Source: Spirochaetota bacterium
GTDB lineage: Bacteria; Spirochaetota; UBA4802; UBA5550
Length of the DNA: 64,000 bases
Direction: 5' to 3'
NCBI GenBank assembly: GCA_050298055.1
Contig: JBNKTL010000002.1
Coordinates: forward strand, 1 to 64,000
The notes below the pieces were generated by a model, which was not told the origin of the DNA, did no database searches, and saw nothing but the letters and a program-made list of their open reading frames with translations. This document shows positions 21,028-28,862 of this stretch, piece by piece (the first letter of the stretch is position 1; each line of letters opens with the position of its first letter). Position numbers and translations under genes: made by a program.

Positions 21028-21972
21028 ATGAAATTTAACGGACCGGTAAAATGGTTTTCTGCCCTGAGTATTTTTCTGATATTTTTACTGTTTACTTCCT
21101 TCTCCTGTGGGAATAAAAGTGATAATCCTTCCCCTGAAAGCAACAGGCTGAATATCATCGTCAGTATTCTCCCCCAGAAATATTTTGTGGAGAGGATAGG
21201 GGGAGAGAGGGTAAATGTTCATGTCATTGTCCTTCCGGGGCAAAGCCCCGCAACATATGAAGTCACTCCGCAGCAGATGGTCCGTATATCCCGGGCATCC
21301 CTCTATTTCCGGATCGGTGTCCCTTTTGAAAATATCTGGATCAGGAAAATTGCTGATTCCGGGAAAAACCTGAAGATTGTTGATACGCGAAAGGGAATAA
21401 AACTGAGAGAGATAGAGTCTTTCCGTCATGTTGAAAGTGTTATTATGGGGAAAAAGCACCATGAAGAAGAGAAGCACAGCCATACCGGGAAAGACCCCCA
21501 TATATGGCTGGATCCTCTCCTTGTAATAAAACAGGCAGGTACAATCGCCCGTGAGCTGATAAAGGCGGACCCCGGAGGGAAAGAGGTCTATATGAAAAAC
21601 CTTCGGGAATTCATATCCGATTTACGCGGACTTGACGATTACATAAAAAGACTTCTCGGCAAAAGAAAAAGCAAAAATATTGTTGTCTTTCATCCCTCCT
21701 GGGGGTATTTTACTGACAGGTATGGGATGAACCAGATACCTGTTGAAATACAGGGACGGGAACCGGGACAGAAGGAACTCTCCCTTATTATCGATTTTAT
21801 GAAGAGAGAAAAGTCCCGTACCATATTCGTTCAAAAACAGTTCAGCACAAAGAGTGCCGAAACAATAGCCGCAGCCGTTGAGGGGAATGTGGTAAAGATC
21901 GATCCCCTTGCGGAAAACTATTTGGAAAACATGAAGTCTCTGGGTAAAATTTTTATTGAGAAACAGATGTGA
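21028..21972 (+). CDS. znuA: Zn/Mn ABC transporter substrate-binding lipoprotein
   Basis: Lipobox SFSC, His-rich loop, DPHIWLDP, VFHPSWGYF. Confidence 0.88.
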   Translation: MKFNGPVKWFSALSIFLIFLLFTSFSCGNKSDNPSPESNRLNIIVSILPQKYFVERIGGERVNVHVIVLPGQSPATYEVTPQQMVRISRASLYFRIGVPFENIWIRKIADSGKNLKIVDTRKGIKLREIESFRHVESVIMGKKHHEEEKHSHTGKDPHIWLDPLLVIKQAGTIARELIKADPGGKEVYMKNLREFISDLRGLDDYIKRLLGKRKSKNIVVFHPSWGYFTDRYGMNQIPVEIQGREPGQKELSLIIDFMKREKSRTIFVQKQFSTKSAETIAAAVEGNVVKIDPLAENYLENMKSLGKIFIEKQM

Positions 21973-22703
21973 TGAAAACCGTAATTGACATAAAGGACCT
22001 GACATTCTCCTACGGGAAATTTCCAGCGCTCACCAATGTGACCATGGAGATAGATAAGCAGGACTTTACCGCAATTATTGGTCCCAACGGAGGGGGTAAA
22101 ACAACGCTGATCAAACTGATTCTCGGGTTCCTGAAACCGGACACCGGGAAAATAACTATCTTTGGAAAAGACCCGGAACAATCTCTGGCGAAATTCGGTT
22201 ATGTGCCCCAGTTTTTAGATATCGACAATAACTTCCCCATTTCTGTTATAGATGTGGTGACAGGCGGGCTTCTTCGCTCATTCTCCTTTTTCCCCTGGAA
22301 CAGGAAGGAGATGAAAGAGGCCGCGCGGGAGTCCCTTGCCAGGATGGATGTCCTTGACCTGGAAGATTCTGTCTTCGGGAAACTTTCAGGAGGGCAGAAA
22401 CAAAGGGTGCTTATTGCCCGGGCGGTTGTATCGGAACCTGAGATCCTTGTTCTGGATGAACCGACCACAAGTGTTGACAGCAGGATTGAGAAGGATATCT
22501 ACGAGCTCCTGAAAACCCTGAATAAAAAAATGACAATTATCCTCGTTACCCACGATCTCGGATTTATTTCGCGGTATATCAACAGGATCCTCTGCGTGAA
22601 CAAGAGTGTGGGAGTCCACAGCCCCGAAACCATTGATGACAAAGTGATACGGGAAACGTACAACAGCCCCATGAACGTTATTTTTCACCAGTGTAACCTT
22701 TAG
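21972..22703 (+). CDS. znuC: Zn/Mn ABC transporter ATPase
   Basis: GPNGGGKT, LSGGQ, LDEPT. Confidence 0.88.
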   Translation: MKTVIDIKDLTFSYGKFPALTNVTMEIDKQDFTAIIGPNGGGKTTLIKLILGFLKPDTGKITIFGKDPEQSLAKFGYVPQFLDIDNNFPISVIDVVTGGLLRSFSFFPWNRKEMKEAARESLARMDVLDLEDSVFGKLSGGQKQRVLIARAVVSEPEILVLDEPTTSVDSRIEKDIYELLKTLNKKMTIILVTHDLGFISRYINRILCVNKSVGVHSPETIDDKVIRETYNSPMNVIFHQCNL

Positions 22704-22716
22704 GAACCTCCCGGCA

Positions 22717-23541
22717 ATGGAATTTTTCAAAGCACTCTCCGAACATCTTTTTCTGCAATACGCGCTGACGGCAGGGATACTTGCAAGCATCTCCTGCGGG
22801 ATTACCGGGACCTTTGTTGTGGTCAAGAGGATCGGTTTTATCAGCGGAGGGATTGCCCATACGGCCCTGGGAGGTCTGGGTGTGGCATTCTATTTTGGTA
22901 TCAACCCCCTGATCGGCGCTCTTTTATCCGCCATACTGGCCGCGGTCATTATCGGTTTTGTAACAATAAAAGTTGATGAGCATGCGGATACAGTGATAGG
23001 GGCCCTCTGGGCAGTGGGGATGGCCATCGGACTTCTCTTCCTGTCGGCCACTCCGGGTTATAATGCGAACCTCATTACCTATCTCTTCGGGAATATCCTC
23101 ATGGTATCAAGGACCGATCTGAACATGCTTCTGGTTCTTAACATAGTGATCTTCATCATTGTCTTCCTCTTTTACAGGCAGTTTGTCCTGATATCTTTTG
23201 ATGAAGTCTACTCAAAGCTCAGGGGAATAAGGGTGAACCTTGTTTATATCCTCCTCCTCTGCATGATAGCATTAACTGTTGTTTTACTTATTCAGGTAGT
23301 GGGGCTTATCCTTGTCATTGCGTTGTTGACACTTCCCGCGGCAATTGCGCGGATATACTTTAACAAGATGAGTAAGATAATGGTTTCGGCAATACTCCTG
23401 GGTCTTTTCTTTACCATATCAGGGCTTGTGCTTTCCTATTACGGCAGAAACTTCCCTGCAGGCGCTACTATAATAACAGTAGCGGGTACGGTCTACCTGA
23501 TCTCTGTGAGTATAAAGAACTTTTCGAAGAAGATGCGCTAG
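22717..23541 (+). CDS. znuB: Zn/Mn ABC transporter permease
   Basis: GIAHTALGG, YLFGNIL, VVGLILVIALLTLPA. Confidence 0.88.
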   Translation: MEFFKALSEHLFLQYALTAGILASISCGITGTFVVVKRIGFISGGIAHTALGGLGVAFYFGINPLIGALLSAILAAVIIGFVTIKVDEHADTVIGALWAVGMAIGLLFLSATPGYNANLITYLFGNILMVSRTDLNMLLVLNIVIFIIVFLFYRQFVLISFDEVYSKLRGIRVNLVYILLLCMIALTVVLLIQVVGLILVIALLTLPAAIARIYFNKMSKIMVSAILLGLFFTISGLVLSYYGRNFPAGATIITVAGTVYLISVSIKNFSKKMR

Positions 23542-23600
23542 TACTTCGACTATTACAAGAACCTTATTGGTGGAAAATCACGCGGGCTCAGCGTAAGGAG

Positions 23601-24083
23601 TTACTTGTCTTTCAGCCTTTCCTTGAGGTCCCAGAGTTTCAGGGCGTGTTTTCTCTCTTCCTCAATTATATTATCAATAATACCGGTTGTCTCCCTGTCA
23701 TCTTCATAGTATCTTTTGATTTCATTGTAGAAGAGGATAGCTTCCTTTTCGTCCTGGAAGCCTTTGTTTATGGCATCAGTGGGTGTATGGATTTTCGACA
23801 TCACGGCATCAAGATCTTTATTTTCATCCGCGTATACCCTGTCACCTCCCAGGGCCTTCAGATAGAGGTAGTACTCCTCGTTGTAATTTCCCGGGACGTT
23901 TGCGATCTTACTGCCGAGAGCCTGGAATGTTTTTTTATGCTCGATCTCCTGTTTTGCAAGGTAAGTGAATATGTCCTTAATGTGCTGGTCGTCAAATTTT
24001 TCAGCAACACTTGTGTAAAATTCCCTGCCGGCATCTTCCATACCAATGGCAATATCTATAATCTCTTTGATTGTATATTCCAT
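23601..24083 (-). CDS. Ferritin/rubrerythrin-like diiron protein
   Basis: E..G.EFY...LA.QE.EH and EK.AI.FY...EE.KH motifs. Confidence 0.85.
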   Translation of the reverse strand: MEYTIKEIIDIAIGMEDAGREFYTSVAEKFDDQHIKDIFTYLAKQEIEHKKTFQALGSKIANVPGNYNEEYYLYLKALGGDRVYADENKDLDAVMSKIHTPTDAINKGFQDEKEAILFYNEIKRYYEDDRETTGIIDNIIEEERKHALKLWDLKERLKDK

Positions 24084-24122
24084 AATGTAAACCGGTCCTT
24101 TTAAAATATCTTTAAAATATAA

Positions 24123-24262
24123 GTAACTGCTTAACTATGCATAAAAATAATCATATTCATGAAAAAACACTACTGATATGTCTCCGCCGCCTTCGACATT
24201 GGGGGCATATTGTTGATATTCCAGTAAATAAGTTGATTTTGCCCCTATAGCTTACCAGTAAC
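24123..24262. mobile_element. IS66-like MITE copy (degenerate)
   Basis: Left end GTAACTGCTTAACT, CTGATATGTCTCCGCCGCC core, 6/8 flanking direct repeat. Confidence 0.65.
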
Positions 24263-24434
24263 TAAAATAATTACAATTATTATAACAGGTGTAAGAGAAA
24301 CATCATCAATATATACACTGAATAAGCCATATGAGCGTATGTCAAGTCATTATGAATATTTTTTTCATCTGATTAGTACTGTTATTTTCTTGAAAAAATG
24401 ATACACTTGTTTAAAATGTGAAACGGGTGGTACA

Positions 24435-25352
24435 ATGAACAAAGAGATGATGAATACCAGAGAGGTTGCCGAGTTTCTGGGTATCCATGAAAAACAGGTC
24501 TATGCGCTGATCAAGGCAAAAAAGATACCCTGTACACGGGTCACCGGCAAATGGATCTTTCCCCGCGAGTTAATTTCACAGTGGGTTATTGACAGTGCCC
24601 GGCTTGAAACAAAGAGCGCAGCCGGAGAAAGACGGGAAGGAGAGAGCTCGCTCATGGCAGCGGGGAGTAATGACCCCATACTGGATGTTCTTTTGAGCAG
24701 GCTCACATACCAGAACCCGGCATCACATATTTTTTCAAGCAGTACCGGCAGCGTGTCGGGATTGAGGCTTCTGAGTGAAGGCGTGACGGACATTGCATGG
24801 TGCCACCTGGGAGATCCCAAAACCGGTGATTATAACACGGAATATATATGTTCATTTTTTCCGGAATCGGCAATAAGCATTGTTCATCTCTTTCAGAGGA
24901 AACTGGGCCTTCTCCTGTCAGAGAGGTACAGTGGAAAAATAAAAAATATTGAAGACATTGCGGGAAGCGGTGTGAAAATTATCAACAGGCAGGAGGGATC
25001 GGGTACCCGAAAATACCTGGACCACCTGCTGGAAGAGAAAGGAATAGACAGTCTTTATATTGAAGGCTATGATAACGAGGTAAACACTCATTTTGAGGTA
25101 GGTCTCTCCATTCTTTCCGGGAGAGCAGATGCCGGAATTGCCAGCATAGCCGTTTCCCGCCTCCTGGGCCTCTCGTTTATCCCCCTCCATAGTGAGAGCT
25201 TTGACATGGTCCTCAGACACTCAACCTTCTTCATGGAAAACATCCAGAAACTCATGGGAATCCTGAAATCGGAGGATTTCAGGGAAAACGTAAAGGCCCT
25301 GGGAAACTATGATTTCAGCGAATCGGGAAAAATCATCTTTGCCAGCGCGTAA
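24435..25352 (+). CDS. Excisionase-type HTH plus periplasmic-binding-like (molybdate/tungstate-type) transcriptional regulator
   Basis: N-terminal TREVAEFL.IHEKQVY.LIK...GKW.FP; GSNDP, GS..GL, INRQEGSGTR. Confidence 0.85.
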   Translation: MNKEMMNTREVAEFLGIHEKQVYALIKAKKIPCTRVTGKWIFPRELISQWVIDSARLETKSAAGERREGESSLMAAGSNDPILDVLLSRLTYQNPASHIFSSSTGSVSGLRLLSEGVTDIAWCHLGDPKTGDYNTEYICSFFPESAISIVHLFQRKLGLLLSERYSGKIKNIEDIAGSGVKIINRQEGSGTRKYLDHLLEEKGIDSLYIEGYDNEVNTHFEVGLSILSGRADAGIASIAVSRLLGLSFIPLHSESFDMVLRHSTFFMENIQKLMGILKSEDFRENVKALGNYDFSESGKIIFASA

Positions 25353-25476
25353 TCTCTGAAGAAGATAATTGAACCGCAAAGTTACTATGTAAAAAAAGTT
25401 AAAAAAAGTCAACCCTCCTTCTGAAATCTATGATAAGATTTCAGAGCTTACAAAACAAAAACAGGAGGATTGACTT

Positions 25477-26550
25477 ATGACAATTATAGTAGGAATCGAT
25501 ATGCATGTAAAGAACTTAGTATGTGAAATAGGGTATGGGAAGAATTTTCCCCATAAGCAGACTTTTTCAAATGATCTTTCAGGTCATACTGCACTATTTT
25601 TCTATATTGAGAAACTTAAGAAAGAACATAACACCGAAGATGTCTTAATTGGCTATGAAGCCAGCGGTCTCGGTTATGTACTGTATGATCGAGCAATTGA
25701 GAGAGGTTACAGGTGCGCGGTATTAGCACCAACTGAACTTTTACGAAGTGCGACAGGATTCAAAAAGAAAACAGATAAAAAGGATGCCAGTTATATTTAT
25801 GAGACTTTACGGGGCTATGTACTTGCCGGAAACAGGCTTTGTAATATCTGGATACCGGATAAGGAATTCAGAGAAGACCGGGATCTGGTAAGGACCTGGT
25901 TTGATGTGAGCGAAAAGATAACCAGGGTAAAAATTCAGATACAGACATTGTTAAAGAAATATGGGTTAAAAAGGCCTGATGATATTGAAAGCTGGACAAA
26001 AGCCTTTATAAACTGGGTAATGGGTGAAAGGAATCAACTTGGAAAGGGTTTCCAGGTCAGCATGGACAGCCTTTTCAGGCAACTGGATTCTCTTAATGCC
26101 GAATGTGAACTGATTGGAAAAGAAGTGCATGAGCTTTCCCGGAAGAAAAGATATAAAGAAATGTGCGATGCTCTTCTTGAAATTAAGGGTGTTGGTCTTA
26201 AAACATCCATGACCTTTATAACTGAAATAGGAGATATGAGAAGATTCCAGAACAGGAGACAGGTTGGGGCCTATATAGGTTTGGTACCCTCGTCCTTTGA
26301 AAGTGGAGAAGCAAGTGATCGAAAAGGAAGAATAACCAGGAATGGTCCTTACAGGTTAAGAAGCATTTTAAACCAGGCATTGTGGGCTCATCTAAGGTAT
26401 AATGGTGAAGAGAAGGAATTTTATGATAAAATAGTTGCCAGAAATCCAAAAAGGAAGAAGAAAGCAATTGTAGCCTGTATGAGAAGAATGGCTATCAGAA
26501 TGTGGCATGTTGCACATGACACTGAAAGTAAATTTTTAAAGGTGGCTTAA
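25477..26550 (+). CDS. IS110-family DEDD recombinase/transposase
   Basis: GIDMH, YEASG and KTDKKDA (DEDD residues); GVG..T, GLVPSSFESG (Ser motif); SD AGGAGG. Confidence 0.95.
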   Translation: MTIIVGIDMHVKNLVCEIGYGKNFPHKQTFSNDLSGHTALFFYIEKLKKEHNTEDVLIGYEASGLGYVLYDRAIERGYRCAVLAPTELLRSATGFKKKTDKKDASYIYETLRGYVLAGNRLCNIWIPDKEFREDRDLVRTWFDVSEKITRVKIQIQTLLKKYGLKRPDDIESWTKAFINWVMGERNQLGKGFQVSMDSLFRQLDSLNAECELIGKEVHELSRKKRYKEMCDALLEIKGVGLKTSMTFITEIGDMRRFQNRRQVGAYIGLVPSSFESGEASDRKGRITRNGPYRLRSILNQALWAHLRYNGEEKEFYDKIVARNPKRKKKAIVACMRRMAIRMWHVAHDTESKFLKVA

Positions 26551-26553
26551 TGT

Positions 26554-26720
26554 CTTTGTAAAGGCGTAAGCAGGCGTAATGTACAGCTGGTTGAGAACGA
26601 TTTGCGAGTGGTTTCACAAACCGGCGCAAAGAGTGTTCCAGCCCTCGGGCAAGTAAAGTGATCTGTTGTTATTACAACACGATCGAATAGCAGAGTGACT
26701 GTACTTACGCCTTTATAAAG
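26554..26720 (+). ncRNA. Putative bridge/seekRNA of the IS110 element
   Basis: 17-bp closing stem CTTTGTAAAGGCGTAAG / CTTACGCCTTTATAAAG enclosing two loops whose segments match the target flank and the circle junction. Confidence 0.8.
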
Positions 26721-26942
26721 AATAATAACTAATATACGGGTTGACATATTTTATACATAGCAGGCGCAAAGGGCGCAAAGTTTAAGATAATGTTAAATTT
26801 TGAGTTATTTAATCAAAAACAATTTCTTCAATTTAACATTCATAATTTAATATTTAACATTAATAAAACTCTTTCTTTGCGGGCTTTGCGCCTTGGCGGT
26901 TCAAAAATCTTCTTCTTTCCCCTGCTTCCCATCCCCCTCATC

Positions 26943-28226
26943 CTATTTATACTTCCCCGGCCATAACCTCTTCAGCCTCTCCCTGATAGCGGCTTCACTC
27001 CCCTCTCCCGACGGTTCATAAAAGACCCTGTCCCTGATTTCATCGGGAAGATAATTCTCATCCACAAAGTGTCCCTCAAAATCGTGGGGATACCTGTAAT
27101 CCTTTCCGTACCCCATCTCTTTCATCAGCCCGGTGGGGGCGTTCCTGATATGAAGGGGAATTTCATAGCTTGTGTTCCCGGCGAGGTCCTTTGCGTCCCT
27201 GATGGCGCGATACGAGGCGTTGCTCTTCGGCGATGATGCGAGGAATGTGGCGCACTGTGAGAGGATGATCTCAGATTCCGGCATCCCGATATTCTGTACG
27301 GCAGTCAGTGTGGAAACCGCGATATTGATTGCCTGGGGTGACGCGTTCCCGATATCCTCGGAAGCAAAGATCACCATCCTCCTGGCGATAAAGAGAGGAT
27401 CTTCACCGGCGAGAACCATCTTTGCCAGGTAGTAGACCGCCCCGTTGGGGTCAGAGCCCCTGAGGGATTTTATAAACGCGGATATTGTATCGTAATGCCT
27501 GTCCCCGGCCCGGTCGTAGGAGAGCGTACTGTTCTTTAACGCTTCTCCCAGGACACTGTCTGTTATCCTTCCGTCACCGGACAGGTTAAACGCAACCTCA
27601 AGTATGTTAAGCATCCTTCGCGCGTCCCCACCTGAGAGGGAGGCAAGTTTCTCCTTCACGCCCTCTTCCAGAGAGATGTTTCCGCTCTTGAGGACCTCAT
27701 CCTTCTCTACCGCCCTTTCCATGATCTTTATAAGATCTTCTTCGGAAAACCTGTTTAACCGGATCACCCTGGTCCGTGAGAGGAGCGGTGAAATAACACT
27801 GAAAGAGGGATTCTCCGTTGTTGCACCGATGAGAATAATATCCCCCGATTCAACCGCGCCCAGGACAGCGTCCTGCTGGGCCTTGTTGAACCTGTGTATC
27901 TCATCAAGGAAGAGAAGCGTCTGCCTGTTGTAAAGCCTGTTCTCCTTTCCCTTCTCAATAATTTTCCGCACATCGGAAACACCTGCGGATATTGCACTGA
28001 GAAAGTATGAATCAAGGGCAAGTAAATCTGCTATCAGACGGGCAAGTGTCGTTTTACCGGTCCCGGGATCACCCCAGAGTATGAGAGAGAATATTTTGCC
28101 GGTCCTGATGGTGGAATCCAGTATTCGTCCGGGGGAGAGGAGGTGCTCCTGTCCTATGAAATCTTTTAAGGTTTCAGGTCTGCACCTCTCGGCAAGAGGT
28201 TCCAGTTTGCTGTTATTATCCTGCAT
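26943..28226 (-). CDS. rarA: Replication-associated recombination protein A (MgsA)
   Basis: PLAE..RP, GDPGTGKTT, DEIHRFNKAQQD, GATTENPSF, SAFIKSLRGSD. Confidence 0.95.
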   Translation of the reverse strand: MQDNNSKLEPLAERCRPETLKDFIGQEHLLSPGRILDSTIRTGKIFSLILWGDPGTGKTTLARLIADLLALDSYFLSAISAGVSDVRKIIEKGKENRLYNRQTLLFLDEIHRFNKAQQDAVLGAVESGDIILIGATTENPSFSVISPLLSRTRVIRLNRFSEEDLIKIMERAVEKDEVLKSGNISLEEGVKEKLASLSGGDARRMLNILEVAFNLSGDGRITDSVLGEALKNSTLSYDRAGDRHYDTISAFIKSLRGSDPNGAVYYLAKMVLAGEDPLFIARRMVIFASEDIGNASPQAINIAVSTLTAVQNIGMPESEIILSQCATFLASSPKSNASYRAIRDAKDLAGNTSYEIPLHIRNAPTGLMKEMGYGKDYRYPHDFEGHFVDENYLPDEIRDRVFYEPSGEGSEAAIRERLKRLWPGKYK

Positions 28227-28255
28227 AGTAAAATGTATAAAATATCACCACAAAT

Positions 28256-28282
28256 AAAAAAATCCGGGAACCCGGATTTTTT
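28256..28282 (-). terminator. Intrinsic terminator downstream of rpsU
   Basis: AAAAAATCCGGG-AA-CCCGGATTTTTT. Confidence 0.65.
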
Positions 28283-28341
28283 ACTCTGTAATATGCAGCT
28301 GCAATAAAATTCACCTAATATTGCGAAAGTCCTCTTTTCGA

Positions 28342-28587
28342 CTACTGGGCTGGCCTCTGCTGCTGCACCTTTGTGCTCCTTGGAGAGTGGGAACTCATTC
28401 TCCTGATTTTCTTAAGCCTTCTTCTTTCAGCTTCTTCCCTTTTTCTCTTTTTTTCAACGCTGGGTTTTTCGTAGTATCTTCGCCTTTTCAGTTCCTTGAA
28501 TATCCCTTCGAATGCCATCTTCTTTTTCAGATTCTTGAAGGCCTTTTCAATATCGCCGTTTACTACTACTTCGATTGGACTGGTCAT
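28342..28587 (-). CDS. rpsU: 30S ribosomal protein S21
   Basis: IEKAFK.LKKK...EGIFKELKRRRYYEKPS. Confidence 0.93.
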   Translation of the reverse strand: MTSPIEVVVNGDIEKAFKNLKKKMAFEGIFKELKRRRYYEKPSVEKKRKREEAERRRLKKIRRMSSHSPRSTKVQQQRPAQ

Positions 28588-28862
28588 TTTATTGCTTCCT
28601 CTTATTATTGCTTAATTACCTTTTTCTCAGTTAATATTATTTACTTTTTTTAAAGAGAATAATTCGGCAAGGTTATTTGAAGAGATATTTTTGTCAAATT
28701 AATTTTCCAACTACTCACCGGTATGGCAAAAAATATACATAACGAAATACCCGTTGCCGAGAAAAATTTTTAATTGACTGAAGCACTTTTTTAAACTATT
28801 CTGAGTTGAATATTAAAAACCCGATTACTATTTCATTATATATTGGAGAAAGGAAGATTAAA

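Larger units (their letters stand above)
25382..26763 (+). mobile_element. IS110-family (IS1111-like) insertion sequence, apparently complete
   Basis: Subterminal IRs CTATGTAAAAAA / TTTTATACATAG and GTCAACCC / GGGTTGAC. AG core at both junctions (25380-81 and 26762-63). Short left end and ~210-bp structured right end. Confidence 0.92.
25369..26903. repeat. CGCAAAG-type palindromic repeat interrupted by the IS110 element
   Basis: Left arm TTGAACCGCAAAG|GCGCAAAGGGCGCAAAG (split by the IS); right arm CTTTGCGGGCTTTGCGCCTTGGCGGTTCAA. Confidence 0.85.
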
